Assembly: GCA_905178155.1 (NCBI GenBank)
Contig: CAJINV010000001.1
Coordinates: 357,643-421,642, forward strand
DNA length: 64,000 nucleotides
Direction of reading: 5' to 3'
From: Amoebophrya sp. A120
Lineage: Eukaryota > Protista > Dinoflagellata
Shown one piece after another: positions 43,641 to 55,321 of this stretch. The notes below the pieces were generated by a model. The model had not been told where the DNA came from, did not search any database, and was given only the letters and a program-made list of their open reading frames with translations. Positions within the stretch are counted from its first letter, which is position 1. Every line of letters begins with the position of its first letter. Both the position numbers and the translations under genes were made by a program.

Positions 43641-44924
43641 AAAGCAAACTTTTCCCAGCCTCTTCAGCTGGAAATCCAGCTGATTTCCAGATTGATAGAA
43701 ATGGAACAGGCCTCTTCAGCTGGAAATCCAGCTGGAAACACTTTGAACAGGCCAGGTGGGAAATGCATTGAAAAGGCGTCTGCAGCTGCGTTTCCAGGTG
43801 GAAATGCGCTGCGACAGATGCCTATTCCAAATTTTTCCAGCTGGATTTCCAGCAGAGAATGCATTGCAAACGTCTGCTGCCGTCTGGGGAACGCCGCCGG
43901 CGGCCAAGCACCAGGCGAGCAGCTGCCCACCACCCTCCCCCGGCGCCCTCCCTCTGTTCGCGAAGGGAAAATCGCGCCCCAGCGCCAGGGTTGCACGCGA
44001 GCAGCTGCCCACCACCCTGCCCCGGCGCCCTCCCACCCTCTGTTCACGAAAAGGCCGGTAGAGGGCGCCACCGTCCGCCGTCTCTGTCTTGGAGGGTGCG
44101 CGCGAGGGAAACAGGCGGGGGCGAAACAGACTGCATGCGGGCTAACACGGGGGGCGCCGATGTTGTCCGGGGGTGCTAGGGGAGGGTGGTGGGACCCTGC
44201 GCCTGGGGGGCAATGAATGCCCCGCCCCGGCGCCCGTCTTCCATCGATCCACGCGCGCGGCAGGGGCCCCAACGCGCCCCCGTTCTGCAAAGCTGCGCGC
44301 GGGAGAAGGGCGAGGGGGCACCAAGGCGCACAGGGGCGGGGAACACAGGCAGGCGGCACGAACGGGCCACACCACAAACATGCGGGCGGGGCGTCACGCG
44401 AAAGCGCCTCGAATGGCGCCGACTGTTCCCCTGCTTCCTTCCCCCGCCGACTGGCGGCCGCCCTTTGCCGCGCTTTGCGTTGTTGCTTGGGCCTAAGGCT
44501 TGCCGCCACGCAAACGCGCGCCCAGTGCGGACGGGGTCCTCGCGCTCGCACAACGACGGGAACCACGGGCGCCATGGCGCTCCGCCTTCGTTCTTTCAGC
44601 AAGAAGCGGCGCAGATGCCTGGCCCCGCCCTGCTTCAAAAATTTTTTCCCTTGCCCCTCTGGCGTTTTTCTTTCCCCCCCGTCCACTCGTTCGCCCTCCC
44701 ACTGCGCGACATAAGTTGCGGCCTTGTAGGTGCTCGATTCATCAGCTTCAGCTGTCAAATCTGCAACGAAAATCCATTTGCAAATGAAATGCTTTCGCGT
44801 ATCGACCGCACCTGGTAGAGGGGAGCAACTATGTGATGTGTAGGAATATTTCGCTTGAGCTTGAGTTTCAAAGCTAAGGCTACAAGCGTACGCCAACAAA
44901 CGCGTTTTTTTTATTGCTTCAGGT

Positions 44925-47900
44925 TCACCCGCCCGCACGCGTGATTGCAATGACCCTTTCCACCGTCTTTCCGAACTGTTTCCCGGAAAGCCCCGTGCTG
45001 CCCTTGTGGTCTCTCACAATTGTTGCAGTTCCTCCCGGTCCGTGCAAAACGTGGTGGGAGCCACGAACATTCAACTTCAACTGCGTTTTGGCTGCCATGC
45101 CTGATTCACTTTCTACATTCTCCACCGTAAGAAGGCCACTTTTACTAAGCAGATGGAGTCCGCGCTTCGTCTGACGGGTCGTCACGCGCTTCTGCGCGAC
45201 TATGTCCCACACAGCCTTCCCTTTGCGCGGCAAGCATTCATCTCTAATGCTGGCGGAACCACCACTTTTCTTTCCGCGCCTCTTCGCATTCGCAGCGGGC
45301 ATGCTGCGCGTCGACGAAACTGAACTCTTCGGGGGCTCGTCCAGGTCGTCAATATCAAGCCCTGCGCCGCGGCAAGACCGCCGGAACGCTTCATCGGCGG
45401 ACAGTTCATGCTCTGCTTCCCACGTTTTGCGAAAGTGTTCTGCCCGTTCCCGAGCAGAGTTCACTTTGAACGCGCCGGCTCGACCTCGGGTCTTCACTTT
45501 TTCCTTGCGTGCTTGCGGCTGCTCTTGGCCGTAGTCAAGATCGAGCTCCAGGTTTTCATCATCAACTCGAAGTGAGGCGGGCTCCCCTTCTCGGAGCAGT
45601 GCCGCCACGTCTGCCTGGAGCTTTTCCGAGTCCGGCCCGAGGAGACAACCACTTTTGTCATTCTCCAACACCGCGAGAAGGGCTTTCGGGTCGTCCAGTC
45701 CTATCAACGCCGCTTGTGCTATCTGCTCGGCTGACAAGTCACTACAATTTGTCCCATCCTGCGTGTCGGACCAAAATTCCTCTACCAAATATCGGTCAAT
45801 TGCATCCTCAGGCGCCGCTGGAGCAAAGGGCACGCGTCCAGTTATGCACCTGCGACCCTTTTCTGAGACACCAAGGAGGTCGTTCTCGGACAGGTACGAG
45901 TCGATGGCATCGATGATTTGCTGATCGTGCGGCGTGAAGTCGCCCAAGGCCATCCAAGTATCCGGCGCAGCGGCATGCGCAGCTGTATTTTCATCATAAG
46001 ACGATGAATCGGAGCCCGAAAAAACAGCGCCAAAGAGTGCGCGCTTCTTCCGCCGCCCAAGTTGCTCTAACCAGTGCATGCGTCGCAAGTTCCACCTTCG
46101 GTGGATATCGCTTGGAAACGTGCTTGGAGGCTTTCCCACCAGCAATCCCGTGGTATGGCGCATGCCGAAAAACTCGATCTCCGCCGCGGAGTTGGGTCGA
46201 TCCAAAAAATGTCCGCGCAACCCGTCACCCCGCAGGTTTCCGACGAGGGCAATCCCGACTTCCCTCGCGGCATCCTCATAGCTCATTTGAGGCAAATTCT
46301 CCGCGGCACGATATGTGTTCCATTCCTCCATACTACGTGATCGCTCCACGTGAACTCGGCCTTCATCCACGTATTTTGCGAAGTCGACAATCTCGAGGGC
46401 AATAAAGGGACGCGTGTCGATCTGCGCGAGAGATGGAGTGTGCAGTTTCTGACTCACCCAAAATCCCCGCACGACTTTTGTGGCATCATCATCCGTGGCT
46501 GGCGCAGCTGTGTAGCGAGGCTGAAAACAACTTCCATCAGGATTCGTTATTGCCATTTCCATCTTCTTTCCTGGCCACGTAAGAGCGCTCGAGTTCATTC
46601 CTTCTGCTGGGTTGAGTACGTTCAGACGTGGCACAGCGGCGTCGGTGAACAAAAAGCTATTGCAGTGACTCGAACCTCCAGCACAAGAAAATGCGGGGTA
46701 CAGCAATATGGTGACGACAGGCAAGCCGTCGTCCCAAAATAGGTACAACCAGCTGTCCAGCTCGTAGGTGTTGGAGCCGCGAGTGGGACTCAAATACGGC
46801 CGAAGCGACGAACAGCGCCACGGGAGACACAGTGTCTCCTGTCTGCACATGATAGCTGGCGCTGCCTGCGCAAAGAAGGACACCGCGAGGGATTGCAGGG
46901 CAGCCCAATTCCAATCATCAACAACGTTGAAGATCCATCCTACGTGAAACAGTTGACGGCGGGTTTCTTCGGACTCCCGTAGCCAATCCTCACACTTTGC
47001 GCCCGCAAGATGCACACGTTGAAACGGAACAACGCGACGCTCGAAAATCGCCTGCAGGGAAGTGTCGATACTGGGCCGCCTGGTTAGCTCCCCGAACTGG
47101 CTGTGGACCAGTGGGTTCGCCGGGTCTTGATCGCCGGAATTCACCTTGAAAAACTTGTCCTTGTCTAGAAAATTGGCGAGCTCAGCATTTCTGTCCTGGG
47201 TGTAGCATGCCACACACGCTTGACCATCTTGCTTGAATGGGATTCCCGGAATTGCACCCGAGCCTTCTTTTGCCACCGGCGCGAGTGCAACGCGTGAATC
47301 CGACGCGGTCAGCGGCCTGTGAAACGGCCCAGGCTTCGTCATGACGCTCGACTGCGCGCTGTTTGCCGATTGCTTTTCTCCCCCTTGGAGCTGCGTCAGC
47401 TTTTCACAGCCTGCAGAAGTATGAATCCGAATCGTAGTTAGAAACAAGTTCCGTCCGTCTCTCTGTTTCTCATCTATTTTCATCAGTATCTATTTGAACG
47501 AGTCATTGAATAAACACCCAACAGTCAAGAAGAATTATACTCATCGGGTCAGAAGTGCGAGCCACATCCTCAAACGCAGGCACAGCCGCAATGAGCTCCA
47601 TGCGCCCCCGCTCCGGCTGGGGGTGGGGCTCGCCTCTCTGCTCCACAGTAGGATCGACTTGAGCAGTCCCGCTCTTCAGAACGTCACCAAGTTGTAAGCA
47701 GAGCAGTCTTAGGTTTTTCGGCAAGATGCCCACCCGCTTGTCGTTCAACTGGGGAATGCGAATGGTTACCTTCTCTGCATTGTCTGGAAATGTCAGAGCG
47801 TCGACAAATGCTCCGCGTCCATTCAACTCTTCTGCCTTTCCAAGCGAGTGAATTTCGACAAAATCATTTTTGTGAAGTCGTTCCTCCTTGCCATTTGCGG

Positions 47901-48890
47901 CAAGCGAGGACTTAACCAAAACTTCCGGCATGGGCTCGTCAGACGACCTTGCAGCCACGACTTCTTCGAACACATCGTTTTTCCTCTCCGCACGCGGGAA
48001 GGCCTGGCCTTCGCCCAGAAGTGGGATGTGAAGCATCTCAAGGGAACCTAAAATTTTTAAGGGTAGGGTAAGGCTTGATGAAGCTGCAAACCCAAACCGA
48101 CCCCAATGAAAAGATTTCATGGGCATGCACCGTCCAACAACATATGGATGATTTCACACCAATGTCACATTGTGCATGTACTTACACAGGAAAAGTTATA
48201 TCCAACTCGGGAGACGGGAGTATGTCGTTTCAAAAAGTTCATACTGTTGCCGAGCAGCCTGATATCCCTGACCAGCATATGCTTGGTTCGACAAAATCCC
48301 AGCTCTGCGAATGTGACAGTGTCATCTTGGCTCTCGACGGTTATACGCGGACGTGGCGAAACGGGTGCGTCGAGATTCGGAAACGTTTCCAAATACGGCT
48401 CGTTGATATTCACAATCTCGAACACCACAACAACCCGCGGCTCGACAAAATTCGACATCTTTGTTTTTTCGATGTTGATTATTCCATCCATCATCCCGTT
48501 TCTTCTGAACCAGGAATCAAGCTTTTTCGCCGTGAGCGATTTCAGATCATCCGGAACGCCGGCCAGTGGAGCTTTGTGGTCTGCGAGACGGCGAGCAGTG
48601 CGACCTGTAGCAACTAGACACCGCATGTGACCATCATAGATTATCATCGATTCCTCACTTGCCGTGCTCTTCAGCAGGGAGGCGCGCTTTGCCGGATCTG
48701 ACAGCTCGTCGCTGAGCCACAAATGCCGGATCAGGCACTTGTCATTGAAAGCCAACAATTTTTTCCCGTCGTCGTCGTCCTTCACCGTTTCTCTAAACTC
48801 AGCGGCGTACTTTTTCTTCAATGCGGCCTTAACCCGTTCGGGACTAGCCAGGTAGTCCTTCCATCTGCGCTCGATCGAAAGCACTACCAT
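44925..48890 (-). CDS. HicA-like-domain family paralog 1 (probably 3 exons)
   Basis: The 264-, 207- and 852-aa ORFs are collinear with the N-terminal, SH3-like and C-terminal parts of paralogs 2 and 3. Phase-compatible GT-AG introns at 48048-48244 and 47411-47540. C-terminus LNVRGSHHVLHGPGGTATIVRDH. Confidence 0.72.
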
Positions 48891-49632
48891 TTTGGTCTTC
48901 TTAATGGCTTCACTTTCAGTATTGATGTGCATGTATGAAAATGAAGCAAATGCAATCACTTTACTACAGTGTACCGCGTGCCCGCATTCAACATCAATTT
49001 TAGGGAAAAAAATTTCGATTGTAAGTGGATAAGGAAAAAAACTGTGTGCATTTCAGTCACCGATTTTGCTTATGTGTGCAGACCTGAAAACGTCAGAAGC
49101 GGTTCTGCGCTACTTCAGAACGAGGACTGTCCTTGCAAGAAAATTCTACCGTTGTCAAAAACGCTGAAGAGGAAAAGTTAAAACTTGAAGCAAAGAGCAC
49201 TCACGTGCTTTGGAGAAAATACTCTAGCCAACAACTTCCACGTGCTAGAGTGCGAAGACCATTCAAGATACGACCTGAAAGTCACAGCATCATGATAGTC
49301 CGGTAATAGGCGACTTGCTTGCAGAAATGATCTCCCAGATTACCGGCATAGACATAGAAAGTTGTTTTCTAATCTCTTCATCCGGTGGAAAAGATCTATC
49401 CAAAAATGTCAAAAGAGACAACACAGTAAGAACCGTGAGGTTGGAACATTCATAGATACATTATGCGCACCGGCTTGCCGTCATTAGAACCAACATGATG
49501 CTGATGGTTGGCTCTTCAGTTCTACATTTGTAAATACTCTCCTGACGGGGCGGTGGTTTTGTAGTTGGCAGGGCAAAAAAGTCTATTGACCTTTGACTTC
49601 GTTTGTGCACAACTACAAGGCACGTCTCGCCT

Positions 49633-52600
49633 TCAGAGGGAAGCCGTACCCCGAGTTCTCTCGCTGACTTCCACCACTCTCTCCATCGTCTGCACAAACT
49701 GCTTCCCCGTCAGCGGTGCCGTCCCCCGGTGGTCGCGCACCATGGTCGCGGATCCCCCCGGCCCGTGCAAAACCTGGTGCGATCCCCGCGTGTTCAGGCG
49801 CAGCTTTTTCACCCCGGTTTCCGGATCCGCGTCAATCCCAACAAGACCCGCCTTGCACAACAGGTTCAGTCCGCGCTTCGTCTGCCGCCACCGCATCCGC
49901 TTCTGCGCCAGTACGCCGACGACCGCACGAGCACGCTGCAGGCGGTGTTCGGTCATGGCAGTAAAGGAACTCCTATCAATGTCATCTACGTCATCATCGT
50001 CCAGACAGCTCGCGGTTGTCTCTTTACTGGCAACCGATTTCGTCTCCTCCAACCGGAAGCCGCCCTTCCGGGCGGACCGCTCGATCGCCTCGTCCGCCGT
50101 CGTTTCGTTCTCGGCTTCCCACGCTTCGCGGAACTGCCGGGCCCGGTCACGCGCGGACTGCAGATTGAATTTCCCGGCTTCTCCGCGAGTCTTCTCCTTC
50201 TTCTTCGGCATTAACCAGGAGGTCAAACCGGAGTACGAAGCGGCCGCTTCTTGACTTTCTGCTGGTGTCGTTGCTCCTTGTTGGTGCAGAAGAGTTGCAA
50301 CTTCGGCTTGTGCCGCTTCCATGCCCGGACCGAAAGCGCACCCCTGCGTCTTGTCCGCGAAAACCTCCTGGAGCGCCTCGGGGTCATCGCATCCAACCAG
50401 AGCGGCCTCGAGCAGCTCCTCCGCGGTCAGATCGTCGCCCGACGTCGGAGTCGGGCTGGTGGGGGCTCCGTCGCTGTCATCTCGATGTTCCTGCCAGAAT
50501 TTGTCCTCCAGGTACTTGTCCATAGCGTCCTCTGGTTGGGGCAGAGCAAACGGAATCTGTCCCGCGATGCAGCGCCGGTTTTTTGCACACACTCCGACGA
50601 GGCCATTCTCAAAGAGATACGCTTCAATAGCGTCGATCACCTGTTGGTCGTAGGGAGAAGAATCGCCCCGCGTAATCCAGTGTGACCCGGAGGACGCGTG
50701 TGCCGGCCCACGGAAAACGGCATTGGCGGCTGCGCCGTGAAACACGGCGCCAAAACACGCGCGCTTTTTTTGCTCGCCCAGACGTGTCAGCCAGTGCATG
50801 CGCTTCAGGTTCCAGCAGTTCTTCTTGTCATCAGCAACGAGGTCGCCTTTCTTATCGCGCGCGCCGTAGAGTTCTCGCTCTTCCGCTGTGTCCGGGCGGT
50901 CCAAAAACTGCTTTCGCAGTCCCGTCCGCAGCTGCTGCCCCCCAAAAAGCGATTGCGCAATTGACCTTTCTGCGCCGTCCTCTCCAAAGCACGCTGCCAT
51001 GGGGCCCAGCTGCTCTGCCATCTGTTGAACTTTCTCGGCTCCGTCCGCAAGGTAGTGCTGGAAGTCAATGATTTCGACAGCAAGGAACGAAGTGGTTTCG
51101 ACTTGGACCAGATTCGGCGCGCAATGCTGCCGGGAAATCCAGAAGCCGCGCGGAATGGTGGCTCTAGGATCGTCTTGTGCAGCCGACGTGCTAGGTTGAT
51201 TCTTATTTGCCGGTTTGCTTTTATTTCCCTTCTTGTTTCTCGTTGCCGGCGAAACCGGGTGCGGCTGTGCTTTCGGCAAGGCCTGGTCTCGCACGTCATA
51301 ACTGGGCACCACTGTGGAATGCAACCAATTTGATGCTAGGTTGCGACAGTCGATAAGATTGGGTCTAATGAACGGTATCACAACAGGGCGGCCGTCGTCC
51401 CAGAAAAAGTACAACCACTCGTCGTGGATTGTGCTCCGATTCGCATGAATGGCCCACGGCAAGCACAGGGCCTCGCGGGCGGCGACCACTTCCGGGGCAG
51501 CCTGCGCGAAGAATGACACAGCGAGTTTCTGCAGGAGCGGCTCCACGCATTGTTCAGCCGCAGAGGTGTCGCCGCGGAGATGTTGCATCAGATATCCCAC
51601 GTGAAATAGGGCGCGCCGGGTGCTCTCTCGTTCTATCAGCCAGTGGTCGCAGTTGACGCCCGGGCGGTGGACATGCAGAAACGGCTTGATCCTGCGGTTC
51701 ACGATTGAGACAAGCGTTGCGTTTACACTAGTTCGCCTTGTCAAAGAACCGACGTGCTGTGTGTACAAACTATCATTCGGGTCGGCGCCAAAACTCGCAT
51801 TGTAATGCTTTGCGCGCTTCTTTGTCTTCGTGTGAAGAACATCCATCAGTTTGGCATGGTGTTTTGCATCAAAACATTCCATGAATTCCACTACCAAATT
51901 GCGGTCGTACGAACTCGAGTCCTTGCCCTCGAAACCGGTCGGCTGCTTTTCGTCCACCGCTTCGGCCTCTGCTGCGATGCCGCTTTTCTTCAACTCGTCA
52001 AGCGTCTGCTTTGCTTGTTTGAGAACGTTTGTGAGCTGCTTCCTGGCTTTGCCTTGCACAGCGTTGTCGGAAGAGGTGGAAACTCCTTCAGCGGATTGCG
52101 CGACCTGACTCGGCGGAGCAAAAATGATCTTCTTCTCGAGCAGCGCTTCCGCAACAGCGATTTCCTTTCCGAGCGATTTTGCGTCGCCGGATTCACGACC
52201 GGCCCGCAGCGCGATCACCAGTTCCCCTGCTAATTCTGCATAATCCGTATCGTCAACAACATGATCGTTTTGTGCGCCAGATGCAGCTGAAGCGGTCGCT
52301 CCACTCCCAGCACCACTGTTGGGAGAAAATTCATCCATGATGATCTCTTCCCGTACTAGCTTGAGGTTTTCAGGCAAAATGCCCAATTTTGCATTTCGCA
52401 GTGTCGGCACCCGAATCGTGAGCTTCCCAGGCTGTTCCGGATGTTTCACACTCTCGACAAAAGCTAGCTTCCCGTTGAACTTCGCCATGTGCTTGTTGGT
52501 TTCCGCGCAGAACGAGTGAATCTCCACGAGGTCGCCTTTGCCCAGCGGTCCGAAGTCGCGGCAGGCTTCGATCTCTTCAGTACGTTCGAAATCTGGCAAG

Positions 52601-53373
52601 GCAAGTTGCGCAAGCGACGGCGTCAGCGCAACTAATCTGTTCCGTTCCTCTTCCTCGTCGGAACTGTCTGGCTCCATCCGGACGTTTTCGGTTTGTTTGA
52701 CGACAATCATGTGCTTCGTACGACAGAACCCCAGCGAAGCGAACGTAGTTGTCGCGTCTTTTCTTTCCAGGGTGATGCGTGGTCGTGGCGCGGTGGGCGC
52801 GTCGTGGGTTGGCAATATGTCCACGTACGGCTCATCCAGGCTGGCGATCTCGTAGGCTACCGGTTTCAAATCTACGTGGCGTGTGGCCTCAAATCCGCGC
52901 GCCATGGAAAACGGGTCTCCAAAACGCATGAACCTCATCGAGTGCCGGTACCAGCGGTCCAACTGTTTCGCGGTCAGCACTTCCAAGTCGAACTTGCCGC
53001 TTATTGTATCAAGAGCAAGTTCTCGGGCGCCGGGCAGAAAAATATTGATGCTGAAGTAGCACCCTGTTTCGAGCAGGAAGCGCTGGTTATCGGCAAAGAG
53101 AATAATGGTGTTTTTCGCTGCAGTTTTCTTCAACAACGGAAGGACATTCGCTGGGTCCTTCAGCTGTTCGCAGCAAGCTTTCACCTCGAACTCCCTCTTC
53201 ATCGCTTTCAGCTCTTCCGGTTCTTCCGGAAGGTTCTCTTCGTCCATGCTGGTATCCTGCAGCATCGTCATATCGTCCAGCTTTCCCATGACCAAGCGCG
53301 GAGGGCCGTCCGGGAACCTGAGCCCCTGCTTTTTCAAGAACGCGGTCATCTCCTTCTGCCTGCTTGAAGCCAT
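49633..53373 (-). CDS. HicA-like-domain family paralog 2, intronless, 1246 aa
   Basis: Long ATG-initiated ORF sharing blocks with paralogs 1 and 3 (EPYVD...PRPR.TL...TF.SLGFCRT.HM, FFAQA.P, WNLKRMHWL, RGSH.VLHGPGG). Confidence 0.88.
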   Translation of the reverse strand: MASSRQKEMTAFLKKQGLRFPDGPPRLVMGKLDDMTMLQDTSMDEENLPEEPEELKAMKREFEVKACCEQLKDPANVLPLLKKTAAKNTIILFADNQRFLLETGCYFSINIFLPGARELALDTISGKFDLEVLTAKQLDRWYRHSMRFMRFGDPFSMARGFEATRHVDLKPVAYEIASLDEPYVDILPTHDAPTAPRPRITLERKDATTTFASLGFCRTKHMIVVKQTENVRMEPDSSDEEEERNRLVALTPSLAQLALPDFERTEEIEACRDFGPLGKGDLVEIHSFCAETNKHMAKFNGKLAFVESVKHPEQPGKLTIRVPTLRNAKLGILPENLKLVREEIIMDEFSPNSGAGSGATASAASGAQNDHVVDDTDYAELAGELVIALRAGRESGDAKSLGKEIAVAEALLEKKIIFAPPSQVAQSAEGVSTSSDNAVQGKARKQLTNVLKQAKQTLDELKKSGIAAEAEAVDEKQPTGFEGKDSSSYDRNLVVEFMECFDAKHHAKLMDVLHTKTKKRAKHYNASFGADPNDSLYTQHVGSLTRRTSVNATLVSIVNRRIKPFLHVHRPGVNCDHWLIERESTRRALFHVGYLMQHLRGDTSAAEQCVEPLLQKLAVSFFAQAAPEVVAAREALCLPWAIHANRSTIHDEWLYFFWDDGRPVVIPFIRPNLIDCRNLASNWLHSTVVPSYDVRDQALPKAQPHPVSPATRNKKGNKSKPANKNQPSTSAAQDDPRATIPRGFWISRQHCAPNLVQVETTSFLAVEIIDFQHYLADGAEKVQQMAEQLGPMAACFGEDGAERSIAQSLFGGQQLRTGLRKQFLDRPDTAEERELYGARDKKGDLVADDKKNCWNLKRMHWLTRLGEQKKRACFGAVFHGAAANAVFRGPAHASSGSHWITRGDSSPYDQQVIDAIEAYLFENGLVGVCAKNRRCIAGQIPFALPQPEDAMDKYLEDKFWQEHRDDSDGAPTSPTPTSGDDLTAEELLEAALVGCDDPEALQEVFADKTQGCAFGPGMEAAQAEVATLLHQQGATTPAESQEAAASYSGLTSWLMPKKKEKTRGEAGKFNLQSARDRARQFREAWEAENETTADEAIERSARKGGFRLEETKSVASKETTASCLDDDDVDDIDRSSFTAMTEHRLQRARAVVGVLAQKRMRWRQTKRGLNLLCKAGLVGIDADPETGVKKLRLNTRGSHQVLHGPGGSATMVRDHRGTAPLTGKQFVQTMERVVEVSERTRGTASL

Positions 53374-53692
53374 CTTCGTGTCCGGCGGTGTGTATTGTGT
53401 GCAAGGACAACGGGCGCTGAAAATTCTGTAAGAAAAAAAAAAAGTAAGAGGACTACGTAAAAAAAAACTTCTCGTAAAAACGCCTTATTTGAACTTGGAA
53501 TAGGATAAATGCAACAATTTTCTCTCAACGAGATAAGCCACTTTGGGTTAGAAATGTAGGCCATCGACGGGAGTCCGCCCGTGAACAAGAAGAGAAAAGT
53601 CGGTTTCCGGGCCTGCAGGAGACAGATAGAAAATGTGATAGGGGGCACATTTTTGCACTAGCATGATGGATACACTACAAAACCAAATGACA

Positions 53693-55321
53693 TATAGAGA
53701 CGAAAAAGGTGATCTTCAGCAGTGTTCTTATCCCTAAAGGAATTCGCAGCATACCGTCGGGATTTGCCCTGTTTTTTGCGCCAACGCAGGCGCTGCAGCT
53801 TTTATGGTCGCGCCTGCGTAGGAGTGCTGTTGCCTTCCCTGGTGGGTTTTTTCACGCGGCCCAGGCGTCTTTCTAGAGGAACCAACAGGCACGCTAGCAC
53901 CCCGGCGAGCCTAGACATAGACTAAAGAGGCCCCCCCACTGCGCAGATCGACGCGCCCCGCGGGCACTAGCAACACACCCACCCGGCGCAGGCGGGCATC
54001 TTTTCCGCGGCCCCGAGCCCGACGTACTCGCGACCCAAAAAAGGCCGCAAGCCGGCTCGTGCAGACTTGGCGCGCAGGCCCCTCGAGACCTCTTGGAACT
54101 CTTCAAGCGCGCCCCCATCTCTCACCCGCCGCCCCAATCACTCACCGTTGGCACCGGACCGCTTTCGCGGCCGTGGTGGACGCACTTGCAGAAGACCCGA
54201 AAAGCTTCCCGCCTGGTGTTCGTTTAAACGCTCAAAAAAGATAGATAAGAACGCCTACTGCAACGACCTGTGATTGATGTTTTGGCACGAAACAGAGTTG
54301 GAGCTTCTGCGCCGAATGTTCCCGCTCTCGAAGACTGCTGCTCTTATCCTCCACGCCATGCATAGATAAGAACACGTTTGTAACGACCAGAAATTGGTGG
54401 CTGGCACGAAGCAGAATGACATCTTCTGCGCCAGATGTTCCCGTTCTCGCAAAAGTGCTGTTCTTATCCTCCAAATGGTGCATAGATAAGAACACGTTTG
54501 TAACGACCTAAAAGTGGTGTTCTTATCTATGCACGAACAGGAGGGATAAGAACAGCACTTTTGAGAGAACGGGAACATCTGGAGGAGCAGCTTCAATTCT
54601 GATCCAATTACCCTACTGCAGGTTGGAAGCTGGAGAGCGACATTCCGACACTGCTGCCCAGTCGTGGTGGTCCTCGCGGGGAGGGGAAGCATTACGCGAA
54701 GTTGACGGCTATCCGAAGGCAGCTGGCTTTTTCGAAGTTGGTGAGGGGGGGCCTGCCGTTGCCAGCATTTTACGACGTTCGCCCCCACTGGTCTGCGCGG
54801 CTGGCTTATCCGGGTGTTCTCTTCCGCGATAAGCCAGCGCCCCATCGGTCCTAATTTAGGACCGATGGCACGGCGCAGGCAACAAAGACAACACCGCAGG
54901 GGCTAGCATCTGCTATCTGACACAAAGAGAGACGAATGGGCCCGCACACTGCCGCGGCCCGGTGCGACCGCCGGCGTAGCCCCGGCTTGGGGGGGATCTT
55001 TGGGGAAAAAAAGAGCCCCTCCAAGCTGGGGCATCAGCTCGCGCCCAGGCGCGCGAACTTGGACGCAGTGGCTGGCGGTTATTCTGTCAGCGCGCAGCGC
55101 GTTCCCTGGCGCATGCGCTGGGGCTGCGCTAAGCACGAAAGCGCGACCCTCTGGAGGATGCGCGGCGAAGGCTTTGGATAGCCCTGGGCGGTCTCGCTTT
55201 TGTTGGCCTCAGACACGCCAGGCCTCGCCTAGAATGAAAAAAACTCACGAATCGCGACGGTATGGCGCGATTTCTCTTAGGGATAAGAACACGCGGGAAG
55301 ATCACCTTTTTCATCTCTATA
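53693..55321. mobile_element. 1629-bp non-autonomous TIR (foldback-like) DNA element with TAT...ATA ends
   Basis: ~85-bp imperfect TIR TATAGAGAYGAAAAAGGTGATCTTC...GTGTTCTTATCCCTAA. Perfect TSD TGACA at 53688-53692 and 55322-55326. Internal ~120-bp repeats and a central palindrome. No transposase ORF. Confidence 0.9.

Noticed and set aside
43542-44950. Overlapping 200-430-aa ORFs in the GC-rich tract
   Set aside because: Stop-poor GC-rich repeat DNA that is open in several frames, with no recognisable motifs.
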